From Terriglobia bacterium (lineage in GTDB: Bacteria > Acidobacteriota > Terriglobia > JAJPHL01 > JAPKYU01): 64,000 nucleotides of DNA. Below the pieces are notes generated by a model. It did not search any database, had not been told where the DNA came from, and saw only the letters and a program-made list of their open reading frames with translations. The position numbers and the translations under genes were made by a program. The stretch covers positions 192,001 to 256,000 of the forward strand of contig CBDCVK010000002.1 in assembly GCA_965223005.1 (NCBI GenBank), read 5' to 3'. Below, piece after piece: positions 42,803 through 55,759 of this stretch. Within the stretch, counting starts at the first letter, position 1; each line of letters starts with the position of its first letter.

Positions 42803-45448
42803 CTACGACAGAAGGCGGATCACCCCCGAGGTCCCGTCGACTTCGACCTGCTGGCCGTCGTGAAGCTTGGTCATCAATCGGTCGATGCCCACAACGCACG
42901 GCTTTCCGTACTCGCGCGCGATCACCGCACCGTGCTGCAGAATCCCACCGATCTCGAGCACGACCGCGGCGGCATTCACGAACAGCGGCGTCCAGCCCGG
43001 ATCCGTCGTATACGCCACCAACACGTCCCCCTTCTTGACCGGCTTCTCGTGGGGGTCGCGGAGCACCTTGACCGGACCCGTCACCACTCCGGGTGACACG
43101 GCCATCCCGCTCAGCTCACCGGGCTTCTCCTCGCGGGGGGGCGGGCGAAGGATCAGGCCTCGCGAGTCGATTACTTGAGGGAACTCCGTCACCTGTGCCT
43201 CGAGTCTCTTGATGAAGCGCGTCCGCTCCTCGCGGACTTCTCGCAGGTCCAACGAAGGATCCACGCTAGCCGATTCGAGCTCGCGTAACGTCAGATCGAA
43301 GACGTCCTCGGCTGCGTCGAGACGACCCTCCCGGACCAGGCGTCGGCCCTCGATCAGGGCACGCTTGCGAAGCGCGGAGGTGAACAAGACGCAGTGGTAC
43401 TTGGGCGTGTCGCGGGTTCCGGCGAACAGGTCGATCATTCGATAGACCCGGCGCAGCAGCGACCGCCGCAACCAACCCGAGCGCCTCATCAACTTTTCGT
43501 AGGCTCGCTGCCGCTCCTCTATCTGGCGCTGGTGTGCGGCCTCCGGATCAAAGCCCTCGTCGTCGACGGACATGATGGACATCTGCCACAGGGCGAGAAG
43601 GGGGTCGTCCCCGTAACGCGGGCTCGCCAGGTCCATCTCCAGGGGGCCGCGACAGCCAAACTTCGAGATGAAGGCGTCCCACGCGCTCAGGAACTCCGCC
43701 GACACCTGTCGATTCTCGATTTGTTCGGCCAACCGGGTCAGGTCCTGGAAGTCGGATCGGTCCAACAGGCTGGCCAGGCGAAACAGCGCTATCCCCATCT
43801 CGACGACGACGTTGCCCTTGAAACCCCGCTTGAGCTTCTCAGCGAGGGCTTTCGCCTCGGCTGAGTTCCTGCGGACTACGAGATCAGCCGACACCAGCCC
43901 AGCGAGCCCGGCGAGGAGCACGGACATCGTGACGTTGAACATCGGTCCCAGAGGGGCGGTGTAAGTGCGCCGGAATTCGTCGAGAGGAAGGGTGTAGTCG
44001 ACGTTCTTGGTTAGCTCTAGCTCGAAGGCGTCGACCTTCCGCTGGTACGCTCGGCGTGCGCGCTCGGGCGACAGAATGGTCCACGCCATGTTCCAGAGGA
44101 AGCCACGCAGCTGCCACAAGACCTTAGGAATGAACCTCAGGGTCCGGAACCCCACCCAGGGCGGTCTCGTGGCCGCGCGGTACCGCTTCGCGTCGACGTT
44201 GGCCAGGATCTCGCCCATCAGTACGTCGTTGTAGGCGCTGTTCTGAGACATTTTCTTTGGGCTCGCCAGCCACATCATGTTGGAGAAATTCATGTACATG
44301 CGGCCGCCCGCGAAGAACACCGGGCCCTTCTCAGGGTTGACGTCGGTTCCGACGAGATCCTCGAGAACGGGGGATATGAGATCCTCCATCCAGTCGAGCC
44401 CCATCGGCGAGATCGGCTTGTTGATCGTCAGCCCCTTCGACAGGGCAGCGTCCGCGTACAGCCTCCTACGTTCACCGGGCTCGGTCAGCATTTCTGGCGG
44501 GAGCGGCACGTGGGTGGTAATAGGGCGCGCCTGCAGCACGTGGAGCTGACCGCCGGCGTAGGCCCACTCGATGTCTGTCGGCTTCTCGTAGAGGTCCTCG
44601 ATTCGACATATCACGCCGGTCAGCTCGCTGAGCTGGGCGTCGCTGAGGGTGAGCTCCGCCGAACGATAGCCCTTCCGCTCCATAGTGCCGCCATCTGAAC
44701 CTAGCCAGATCGAGACCTGCTTGACGCCAAGTTTCTTGTCCAAAACCTGACGACTGACCTTGTCGACTCTGAAGTTGTCGGGTGATGCGAGGCCGGCGAC
44801 GACCGACTCCCCCAGGCCCCAGTTCGCGTCGATGACGGCCTCGTCGTAATCGTTCGTGAGTGGGTTGAGCGAGAAGCCCACGCCGGCGACCTCGCTGTCG
44901 ATCTGCTGCTGCACGACCACGGCGATGCGCGGCGACAGAACGTCGAAGCCGTGCTCCTTCTTGTAGACGAGCACGCGCTCATCGAGGCTCGAGGCAAAGC
45001 AGTGTCGCACCGCGTCGTCCAGATCGGCCGGGCGCACACCCAGTCGGGTCTTGTAGCCACCGGCGAACGAGGCTGACGCCAGGTCTTCCTCGGGTGAGGA
45101 CGAGCGCACTGCGAACAGCACGTCGTCGCCTAACGCTGTGAGGTTCTTGCGAAGGTCCTCCAGGGATTGACGCTGGGCTGCCGTCAGCCTTAGGGCAAGG
45201 CAGAACCCCTTCAGCTCGTTGCAGAGGGTCGCCCACTTGTCCGCCGTCGCGTCGGCGAGCGCCGCCCACGCCGCGGACGCCTGAATCTCGTCGAACCAGG
45301 GCACGAAGAACTCCGTCGTGAGCACGGCGCCGGGGGGAACGGGCAAGCCCGCCTCGACCATCCGTATCAACGAATAGCCCTTGCCGCCGACCTCCGCGAG
45401 GGTCGTCTCCTCGTTGCCGGGAAACGAAACGATCAGGGTCACGTCCAT
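42803..45448 (-). CDS. PEP-utilising enzyme with rifampin-phosphotransferase-like domain order
   Basis: VGGKG, AVRSS..ED..ASFAG, WGLGESVV, LQARPIT; C-terminal TDPGWTPLF...HGAVIAREYGKP. Confidence 0.85.
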   Translation of the reverse strand: MDVTLIVSFPGNEETTLAEVGGKGYSLIRMVEAGLPVPPGAVLTTEFFVPWFDEIQASAAWAALADATADKWATLCNELKGFCLALRLTAAQRQSLEDLRKNLTALGDDVLFAVRSSSPEEDLASASFAGGYKTRLGVRPADLDDAVRHCFASSLDERVLVYKKEHGFDVLSPRIAVVVQQQIDSEVAGVGFSLNPLTNDYDEAVIDANWGLGESVVAGLASPDNFRVDKVSRQVLDKKLGVKQVSIWLGSDGGTMERKGYRSAELTLSDAQLSELTGVICRIEDLYEKPTDIEWAYAGGQLHVLQARPITTHVPLPPEMLTEPGERRRLYADAALSKGLTINKPISPMGLDWMEDLISPVLEDLVGTDVNPEKGPVFFAGGRMYMNFSNMMWLASPKKMSQNSAYNDVLMGEILANVDAKRYRAATRPPWVGFRTLRFIPKVLWQLRGFLWNMAWTILSPERARRAYQRKVDAFELELTKNVDYTLPLDEFRRTYTAPLGPMFNVTMSVLLAGLAGLVSADLVVRRNSAEAKALAEKLKRGFKGNVVVEMGIALFRLASLLDRSDFQDLTRLAEQIENRQVSAEFLSAWDAFISKFGCRGPLEMDLASPRYGDDPLLALWQMSIMSVDDEGFDPEAAHQRQIEERQRAYEKLMRRSGWLRRSLLRRVYRMIDLFAGTRDTPKYHCVLFTSALRKRALIEGRRLVREGRLDAAEDVFDLTLRELESASVDPSLDLREVREERTRFIKRLEAQVTEFPQVIDSRGLILRPPPREEKPGELSGMAVSPGVVTGPVKVLRDPHEKPVKKGDVLVAYTTDPGWTPLFVNAAAVVLEIGGILQHGAVIAREYGKPCVVGIDRLMTKLHDGQQVEVDGTSGVIRLLS

Positions 45449-45809
45449 ACCTTCGTGCCCGATGGCCTGGCCGGCCAGCGGGGACTTGGGAGGTGCGCTC
45501 CCACAAAGGTAGCTCCAAACAGTCATATTGACCTCATATTAGTATTCCGAATTCCAAGATTCTGGCTCGGGCTGGTACCATCAGGACCCGCGGCCGACCC
45601 GCGTGGCGGAAGCCTCGCACGTGCGGTGTGATGGCGCCCGGCGATTGTGACGTACTTTGTGACATAACCCTGCCATCCAAGCCCAACTAACCCCTTGTCA
45701 CTCGGTGTGCGTCAGTGTCACTCGTCGGAGGCACAGAATGGGGGGATGCACCGCTGCGCGTATCACTTGGGCTCACTCCCTCTCACTCCTTACTACGTCG
45801 CTTCCTGAA

Positions 45810-45854
45810 CTCCGGAACCAAAGGCCGCAGGTTCGAATCCTGCCGGGCGTACCA
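45810..45854 (+). repeat. attR: 3' half of tRNA-Arg(CCG)
   Basis: Identical to 18643-18687. Confidence 0.95.
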
Positions 45855-45956
45855 CTCTTCTTCTCGGGGAATCAACAGGTTGGCGGGAATTGGCGTTAGG
45901 CGAGATTGGGCCGTTTTGGTGCAGGTGTGCAAGAAGTGTGCAAGATGGGACATGGC

Positions 45957-46090
45957 TAGTTAATCCCGGCTACTTCCTTCTGGATCGGAATTACCTGCTG
46001 CTGTTGCTGCTGTTCGGCCTCTAGGTATTCCTCGGCTTTGAGCAGAGCTTCTTGCTGGTCCTTTTCGTCAATGATGTCATACCTGGTGCC
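45957..46090 (-). pseudogene. C-terminal remnant of a second tyrosine integrase
   Basis: Manual translation TRYDIIDEKDQQEALLKAEEYLEAEQQQQQQVIPIQKEVAGIN*; same position and orientation relative to att as the first integrase. Confidence 0.6.
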
Positions 46091-46639
46091 AAGAAGCTAG
46101 GTACGGCTGTCCGCCGCCTGAGGGTTCAAGCGGTGAGGTGCCGCCTGTTCCGAAATGTTCTGATGCGTGTAGTACGGTCTGGGTTCAATGCAACGACGAG
46201 AATCCATGGGACCCAGGGGCAGCCTGCGACTGCGCCAAGCGCCGCTGCATCGATCGCATTAGTGGAGAGATTCGGCACATTGAATGTGCGTGTAGCGGAC
46301 TCGTGATTGGAGGGCGACTGGGAGCGCCGAGGAAGTGGGGAACGACAGGTGCGCATAAAGTCTCTGGACCCGAAGATGTTTCCCAAGAGACGAGCCGCTC
46401 TCGCGAAGGTCGCGCATTGCTGGCGACGGAATCAAGAAAGCGGACTGAACAGCAGCAAAAGAAGAAGTAGCCAGTCAAGGTGCCCGCCATCGTATGGACG
46501 GTTAGGGCAGGTGTGCACTTTGGTGTGCAGGAAGTGGGGCAGAAATGCTCCCACTTAAGCGGACAACTGGGAATGCTATCCGCATTGCTTTTCTGCCCCT
46601 TGTGGTACTGATTCGGCTGGAGTAGGTTGCGGAATTCCC

Positions 46640-46684
46640 CTCATAACCCAAAGGTCGTCGGTTCAAATCCGACCCCCGCAACCA
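46640..46684 (+). repeat. 3' half of initiator tRNA-Met (att core)
   Basis: CTCATAACCCAAAGGTCGTCGGTTCAAATCCGACCCCCGCAACCA with no 5' half upstream. Confidence 0.88.
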
Positions 46685-46956
46685 AACTAGATCAGCGGGT
46701 TAGAGCCGCTCCCCCGGAAACAACCTAGGTTCGTTAGGGTGCGAATCCCTGCTTGGCCCCTTTGTTTCGTAAAACTCGGTTGCACTGCAGGCCGACCCAG
46801 AAGGGTGATCCACCGCTGATGCGAATGATCCTCTCCATGGACGACTCCCAGAATGGCGACGAGGACGTTTGCCTGCGACAAACAGGCAAGATCTTCACGG
46901 AAAATTTACTTAGCTCAGAAGCCAAAGTCGGTTAGAATCGGCGCCCATTCTCGACC

Positions 46957-48636
46957 ATGTTATTGGGGTGCGTGACCATGTCCTTCTGCTCGACTCAATC
47001 CCTGCGGCTGGCCTTCTGCATAGTCCTGGCATCGGTGTTCGCGAAGAACCTTCTGGCCGAGCGACCGAAGCCCCAACTGGTGCTTCTGATAGTGGTCGAC
47101 GAACTCCGCGGAGACATGTTGTGGCGATTCCAGGATCGATTCGGTCCCGGAGGGTTGCGCTACTTGATCGAGGAAGGTATCGCATACAAGCAGGCCTACT
47201 ATCGCCACTCGACGACCTTCACCGCGTCTGGCCACGCGACTCTGGCCACCGGCGGCCACGCGGCACTGCATGGATTTCCCGGAAACGATTGGTACGACCC
47301 GAGACTCGGCCGTCGTGTCTACTGTGTGGAAGACGATCGGTACAACGTGATCGACCAAGCCGGAGAATTGCATACTGGAACCTCGCCTCGGAACCTCACC
47401 TCAACTACCTTCGGCGACGAGCTTGTTCTGGCAACCGACGGGCGGGCCCGCGTCTTTTCCGTATCGATTAAAGATCGGGGGGCGATCATTCCCGGAGGTC
47501 ATCTCGGTAAAGCCTTCTGGTACTCGAAAAACACCGGTGGATTCATCACCAGCACCTACTACTTCCATGAGTATCCAGGATGGGTAAAGAGGTGGAATGG
47601 GGCGAAAAAGGCCGACCGCTACCAGAACCAAACCTGGGACCTGTTGCGGGATCGATCCAGCTATCTCTACGCAGCCCGCGACGACCGCTCCAGCGAGCGA
47701 TCCTATAAGCATCTAGGCAGGACTTTTCCTCACCCGCTGGGCAATCCCAATCCCCAAGACTTCTACTCCGCATTACGCTTCACGCCGATGTCCGATGAAT
47801 TGACCCTGGAGTTCGCCAAAGAGATTCTCGCCCAGGAATCACTGGGAAAAGGTGGGGCAACCGATGTCTTGGCCGTGAGCTTGTCGGCAAGTGATTACAT
47901 CGGCCATGCTTTTGGCCCCAACAGCCTTGAGACAGAGGACAATCTGCTGCGTCTCGATCGATACCTGGCGGAATTTTTCGGGTTCGTCGACGGCCATGTC
48001 GGTCTGGACCAGACGCTCATCGTGCTGTCTTCGGATCGTGGCATCGATGCGATCCCGGAATTCAAGGTCGGCCTCGGCATGGCTGCCGGTCGGCACCGTC
48101 CTGACCGCTTCCTCAGGACTATCAACGACGAACTGAAGAAACGGCTGGATACCCAGAAGGACCTGGTGAAGGTCTTCTGGAATCCGTCCCTCTATCTGAA
48201 TCTGGAAGTCGTACAGGATCTGGGTCTTCAGGTTGAAGAGGTGGAACGACTGGTGGCCGCAGAGATCCTGAAGCTTCCCGGGTTCGCGCTTGCCGTGACG
48301 AGGACCGACCTGCTGGCTGGGCACCTCAGTTCCGGTCCGATTCAGCAGAAGGTGCAACTGGCTTTTCACCCCCAGCGATCGGGCAACGTCCTGGTCGTAC
48401 AGAGTCCTTCCTGGTATCTGTATCCGGACGCAGAAAAGTATTCCGCCATGCACGGCTCTCCCTACACCTACGATACCTACGTCCCGATCTTGATCGCTGG
48501 TGCTGGAATCCGACCGCAGGTTGTCCAGCGTCAGGTCGCTCCCCAGGACATCGCTCCGACAATCACGAGTTTGTTGGGAGTGGTGCCGCCGTCGGGTTCA
48601 ACTGGGACACCGCTGGTCGAAGTTCTCGGAAACTGA
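46957..48636 (+). CDS. Alkaline phosphatase family protein (PafA/phosphodiesterase-like)
   Basis: IVVDELRGD, TFTASGHAT, SIKDRGAI, DYIGHAFGPNS, HGSPYTYDT, DIAPT. Confidence 0.9.
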   Translation: MLLGCVTMSFCSTQSLRLAFCIVLASVFAKNLLAERPKPQLVLLIVVDELRGDMLWRFQDRFGPGGLRYLIEEGIAYKQAYYRHSTTFTASGHATLATGGHAALHGFPGNDWYDPRLGRRVYCVEDDRYNVIDQAGELHTGTSPRNLTSTTFGDELVLATDGRARVFSVSIKDRGAIIPGGHLGKAFWYSKNTGGFITSTYYFHEYPGWVKRWNGAKKADRYQNQTWDLLRDRSSYLYAARDDRSSERSYKHLGRTFPHPLGNPNPQDFYSALRFTPMSDELTLEFAKEILAQESLGKGGATDVLAVSLSASDYIGHAFGPNSLETEDNLLRLDRYLAEFFGFVDGHVGLDQTLIVLSSDRGIDAIPEFKVGLGMAAGRHRPDRFLRTINDELKKRLDTQKDLVKVFWNPSLYLNLEVVQDLGLQVEEVERLVAAEILKLPGFALAVTRTDLLAGHLSSGPIQQKVQLAFHPQRSGNVLVVQSPSWYLYPDAEKYSAMHGSPYTYDTYVPILIAGAGIRPQVVQRQVAPQDIAPTITSLLGVVPPSGSTGTPLVEVLGN

Positions 48637-49182
48637 GTCGAGCGGGAACTACGTGGACTAGGAATAATCGCCAATCCCACTGCCGCGTCTAGAAAGAAAC
48701 CAGCTTTAGAAAATCGCGGCGCTCCGATGTCGAATCAGCAACTTGAATGCTGACCCTTCACAAAGGCCGCTTACGCGTACCGTGGGACCGGCTCAACTCG
48801 GCTCCGTGCGCGCGATATTCGTGGGATTTACGAGAGCGCCTCGCCCATCCCCGCGAAAACACCGAACCTGTATGCAAGCAGTTTTCTTGACGCAATCCGC
48901 AATCTGTTCCGAGATGCTGCTTTCGGGGTACACGCGAAGATTGTCGAATGACCCTAATCTCTTGGTCCGACAAAAGGGTTGAGGAGTTGGTTCCGTCTAG
49001 GTGAGTCCGCAGATCCTCGGGTAGGGATCCGAACTGGACTTGGACCGGCGGCGTTCTTGGGTTCGATTTGGGTTCAATAACTATTACCCAGCCTTCCTGA
49101 AGCTTCCTCAACATTGCTATGCGTACCGCAAAATGAATCACTTAGCCAAAAGGGGTTAAACTCATAACCAAAAGGGGTTAAA

Positions 49183-49225
49183 CTCATAACCCAGGTCGTT
49201 GGTTCAAATCCAACCCCCGCAACCA
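49183..49225 (+). repeat. Variant 3' half of initiator tRNA-Met, overlapping a 22-bp tandem duplication (49146-49189)
   Basis: CTCATAACCC-AGGTCGTTGGTTCAAATCCAACCCCCGCAACCA. Confidence 0.8.
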
Positions 49226-49285
49226 AAAAATCAAGGGGTTAGGGGACGTTACCCTAGCCCCCTACTTTTTTATCTAACAGCTATC

Positions 49286-49477
49286 TAACAACTCGCCAGG
49301 CACGGGCTCTGAAACAGAGAAGTGAGAGCCTTGACACTAAGAAGTCGGACCTCGCAAGGGTCAAAGGGTCGCGGCACAGTGTTAACAACTCGCCAGGCAC
49401 GGGCTCTGAAACAGAGAAGTGAGAGCCTTGACACTAAGAAGTCGGACCTCGCAAGGGAAGGGTCGCGGCACAGTGTT
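49286..49477 (+). repeat. About 97-bp tandem duplication
   Basis: TAACAACTCGCCAGGCACGGGCTCTGAAACAGAG...GGGTCGCGGCACAGTGTT twice. Confidence 0.92.
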
Positions 49478-49549
49478 TATGTAGCTCCGCTCCAAGAAAC
49501 TTTTGGTGAAAAATGCTTCAACTAGAACGCCCGGTCAACCTGACTCCCC

Positions 49550-49642
49550 GACTTGGCTGTATAGTCGGCTATCCGGACAAGTGATCCTCTATGCCCGCCA
49601 GGGTAGTGGTCAGTTTCCGATAAGGGCGTTATACTCGGAATT
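49550..49642 (+). repeat. Paired dyad site S6 (same linker as S3)
   Basis: GACTTGGCTGTATAGTCGGCTATCCGGACAAGTG...CAGTTTCCGATAAGGGCGTTATAC. Confidence 0.88.
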
Positions 49643-49729
49643 CTCAACCCTTCTCCACTCTCATAGTCGGCCGTCACGCGACAAGGTTTCTTGTCTTTCC
49701 TACGCTCCCATCCGGGTTCAACCTTGGGT

Positions 49730-50308
49730 TCAAGAGGCGCGGAGTGGGGCCGGTGGCACAACTTGGTTGATCGTCCCGTTGCCTACGTCGTAGACGAAGC
49801 CGGAGACGACCAGTTGATCTGGCGTTCCGGGGGTGTGGCGGAGTCGTTCGACGTCGTCTTGCACAGACGTGGTAGGGTCGCTGATTGCCATTGCCGATAC
49901 TTCGTCGACACTGAGGCCGAGCCGTTCTGCCACCTGTCCCTGGATAGCCGGGTTGGCGAGACGAGACATTCCGCAATCGGTGTGGTGGATAACGACAAGT
50001 TCCGGCTGCCTAGGGCTGGTTCCCGGCTGGCTGAAGGCGGCGGCCAGAACGCCGAGAATGCCGAGATCTCGTATCACTGCGGGGGTGATCCTGCCGCCTG
50101 CGTTACGCATGACGACCGCGTCGCCGAGTCCGAGCCCGAAAAGGTGTGCAGGATCGACGCGGGCGTCGAGGCAGGTCAAGAGGATCGTTGACATACGGGG
50201 CGAAATCTTGAGGTCTCCTGCCGCGAACTGCTCAGCAAAGCTCCGGTTGCGATCGAGTAGCGTGGTCAGGTCAGCCGTCTCTCCCCCTGTTGTCTGTTCC
50301 TTAGTCAT
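49730..50308 (-). CDS. Beta-class carbonic anhydrase
   Basis: CLDAR, RNAGG and HHTDCG zinc-ligand motifs; RBS AGGAGG. Confidence 0.9.
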   Translation of the reverse strand: MTKEQTTGGETADLTTLLDRNRSFAEQFAAGDLKISPRMSTILLTCLDARVDPAHLFGLGLGDAVVMRNAGGRITPAVIRDLGILGVLAAAFSQPGTSPRQPELVVIHHTDCGMSRLANPAIQGQVAERLGLSVDEVSAMAISDPTTSVQDDVERLRHTPGTPDQLVVSGFVYDVGNGTINQVVPPAPLRAS

Positions 50309-50530
50309 ACTGTCTTCCTCCTTTCTCAATGTATTATCCGTGCCCAAGACGACCGGCGGGCCATCGCTTGGTCCGTCGTCGACATAGTCCACCCGGCCCT
50401 CCTCTCGGCAGAAGCCTTGTCATCCATGGCGCCCCCTGGGAAGTTTGAGCCCGGAGGTCTTGCCCTAAGGGGTACAACGCCGGGGAGAGCTGAGAAGTTC
50501 CCGTCCCTTCCTCAAGCGTGATTTTCTGGA

Positions 50531-51097
50531 TCAGGCGGGATCGCGCCCGACTGGAGCTGCCGCTTCATGTTCCGCCCTCCATTCTTTGTTTTGGTAACAA
50601 AATTCAGGGTTTTTCAGTGTGGAATGTCCCTGCGCGCGGTGGTAGGTCTCTAAATCAGGAACGCGGGTCAGCATGACCTTCATTAAATTCTTGAGGGCCC
50701 TCAGTTTATTCACCACAGTTGGCTTTGCGACGGAACTATCCGCAATATAGCGTCGGGCAATCGTTTCAAAACCCTCCGGATCTCGCCCGACGATTTCCTT
50801 CACCACGCTGGTCGGCGCGCTTACTTCCATAGTTCCGTTGAACGCTTCCTCATTGTAATCCGAGACCTGGGAATACGTGTAGATTGGGAGTCCGGCCGCC
50901 TTTACCGCTTTTCGAAACATTTGTTTGGACATTTTCTGAGCCACAACCTTTCTTCCCAGGATCTTCCCGATAATGTCGGCCATTTCCTGCGTCGAGAGGA
51001 TCTTGGGCCCGGTCGGGCTATAGGTTTTTCCTGCGTGTTTTGCTGGGTCCTTAAGGATATGGGCCGCCACCGCGCCCATATCCTCATCGGACGGCAA
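50531..51097 (-). pseudogene. NmrA/SDR-like protein, C-terminal half only
   Basis: EDMGAVAAHIL.DPAKHAGKTYSPTGP; the Rossmann N-terminus is absent. Confidence 0.7.
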
Positions 51098-51195
51098 GTT
51101 CCACCGTCGAGGGATAGCCCCGGTCGCCCGTAGTCCCGTCCCCAGAGATGATCATCGCGTGGGACCCTCTCAGCAGCGTGGTCGTGAGGTGAGCT

Positions 51196-53463
<2,268 letters not shown>

Positions 53464-53979
53464 CTAAGACTGCAGTGCCAACGGCGAACGAGTCGGCAAC
53501 CATTTTGTTTACAATCGCTTGTTCTAATCTTCTGACTTCCCGCCCGGTTTTAGGCCGACCGGTTGCTCCGAATAATTCCGACGCTTTCGCCAGCGGTGGC
53601 CTTCCGCAATCCGTCCAAGGGGCTGTGGACCGCTCGACGGCACCCGGTGACAGACTGCCTCGATTAGACCGCCGATCAACCTGCCGGTCAAGGCCGTAGC
53701 ACCTTACCGCGCTTTCCGCACCTAGGGTGCTGGGCAGGCTCCACTTGGTTAACAACAACGCTGGATAGATCCTGACTAACGGGCTAGGGTTGACTGAAGG
53801 CTCTCAACTCGCGGACCGTCGCCGACACCGAAGTTACCGTCCACCCTGCTCGTAAAGATTGCCACCGGTCTGATCCAGAATTCTGACGATACATGAGCTT
53901 ACCGGACGCTTACGATGTTTAACCCTGACATCGCTCCAGTGGCTAGCCAATTGACGAAGGGCGGCGCCGGGATCTGGTG

Positions 53980-54816
53980 TCACTTCTCTTTTCGACGGGC
54001 TGAGGAACTGGCGGCTTGAGCAGCCACAGTAGGCAGAGTGGCCGTGGTAGGTTGGCCACTTACCCTTCCAGAGTTTGTGAAGTCACCAAGCCGGAAGAAG
54101 TAGTTGCCCTTGGTCAAAATAATCAGCCCTTCAGGAGCCTTGCTTCCGGTGGGGAGGAGGTCTACGCAATTTTCGTGCAGATCGCCTAGAACCTGTTCGG
54201 CATCCTCATCCGCCATAACATGCGGCACCCCTATCTCAGTTAGGATTTTGCAGTCTATTGGATAGCCGTGCGCCTTGTACCTGACCATGAAGGCTTGCTT
54301 GATTTTCTCTTTTGCGTCTGGAGTTACTCCATGCCATCCTTCCAGCGCCTGCTCTAGGTACTGCTCGCAAATTTCGATCGCGGCCGCATAGGCTCCGATC
54401 CAAAATGGATCGAGTTTATCGGCCATGGCCATTTTCACCGTTGGATCTTTGGTTGCCTCCACTCGTTGGACCGCCTCTCCAATTGAGTTAGCAGGGAAAA
54501 ACACCCCTTTCCTCTCTGGATGAAGGACCTGTGGATCAACAGGGCCAAGTTGCGCTGAGGTTGTCAATACCATCGTGTCGGCGGCGAGTGTCAGTAGCGT
54601 TGCTGCACTCTTAGCCATAAACGGCACGACTACCCTGAAGGTCCCAAACCTTGCCCGGCAGAGACTAGCGAGTGCCGAAGCGGCATCCGCACTACCGCCG
54701 CGGGAATGAAGTATTAGATCAATCCCATTCCCTTTGGGCAGTTTGCGGATGACCTTTTTGAAAGCGTAGAGCAGGTCCGTGGACAGAAGCCTGAAAGGTA
54801 GACTTGTCCATTTAGA
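53980..54816 (-). pseudogene. ClpP/crotonase-like serine protease (SDH/DUF114 family), 5'-truncated
   Basis: In-frame IDLILHSRGGSADAA...AKSAATLLTLAAD...LGPVDPQ...HGYPID; in-frame stop upstream and no proper start. Confidence 0.75.
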
Positions 54817-55109
54817 TCACCAGCCACGCGGCGAGCCTAGTAGAAGGCTTCGTAGGCGCAGTACTGCGTGTTGTCTTCGGGATTTGCGGACGACTGCCAG
54901 CAGCGCTTTAAACTCACGATACTGGTCAACCGCCTTCTTGAGTTCGAGATATTGGCGCCTAGGTGCGGCGCGCTGGGAAACTTTGGTTGGGATGGGGGAA
55001 AGGAGCGGGGGAGTTCTTGGGTTCGATAAGCATTCCCGAGCCTTCCTGAAACTTCCTCAACATTGCTATGCGTACCGCAAAATGAACAACTTAGCCCAAA
55101 GAAGTTAAA

Positions 55110-55154
55110 CTCATAACCCAAAGGTCGTCGGTTCAAATCCGACCCCCGCAACCA
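55110..55154 (+). repeat. 3' half of initiator tRNA-Met (att core)
   Basis: Identical to 46640-46684. Confidence 0.88.
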
Positions 55155-55167
55155 ACCTTTCGATTTT

Positions 55168-55441
55168 ATTCTGCACCGGGCTGGGCGCGACGAATCCGCC
55201 GGTCACCTCAGGCGAGCCAGGGCCGGGGACCGAACCACTGGCGCGGGTGGTGGTGCCGGTGGAAGCGCAGGTGGGCGGCCAGCCGGCGACGGTGCACTTC
55301 GCCGGGCTGGCACCGGGCTTTGTGGGCCTCTACCAAGTCAATGTAGAAATCCCGGCAGATGTGGCGCCGGGCTCCGAGGTTCCGTTGGTGTTCCTCCAAA
55401 ACGCTGTCCCTAGCAACACCGTCACCATCGCCGTCGAGTAG
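55168..55441 (+). pseudogene. Orphan TIGR03437-type C-terminal tail
   Basis: FCTGLGATNPP...HFAGLAPGFVGLYQVN...SNTVTIAVE*; begins about 13 bp after the att core. Confidence 0.8.
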
Positions 55442-55610
55442 CCCGTTTCGCCTCGTTTAGGTCTCTGAATCCCACCGCCAGGTGTGCACTTTGGTGTGCA
55501 GGAAGTGGGGCAGAAATGCTCCCACTTGAGCGGACAACCGGGAAGGCTATCCGCTTTGCTTTTCTGCCCCTTGTGGTACTGAGTCGGCTGGAGTAGGTTG
55601 CGGAATTCCC

Positions 55611-55655
55611 CTCCGGAACCAAAGGCCGCAGGTTCGAATCCTGCCGGGCGTACCA
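55611..55655 (+). repeat. Third copy of the tRNA-Arg(CCG) 3' half (att core)
   Basis: Identical to 18643-18687. Confidence 0.93.
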
Positions 55656-55759
55656 CTAAAATCAGTTGCTTATAGAGATTTCGCCTAGGTCCTTTTGCCT
55701 TCCATCTAACACCCGTCTAACAAACGGGCTTTCGTCGGATTCTACGCTAGGCCGTATTG

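Larger units (their letters stand above)
18643..45854. mobile_element. About 27-kb integrative element (phage-satellite/IME-like) in tRNA-Arg(CCG)
   Basis: Identical 45-bp direct repeats at 18643-18687 and 45810-45854; adjacent integrase; xis, prim-pol/helicase and iteron origin; tandem TTGTGAC motifs near both ends. Confidence 0.9.

Noticed and set aside
46138-46470. Cys-rich ORF as a toxin or RiPP
   Set aside because: No credible start, family motif or partner genes; probably a gene fragment.
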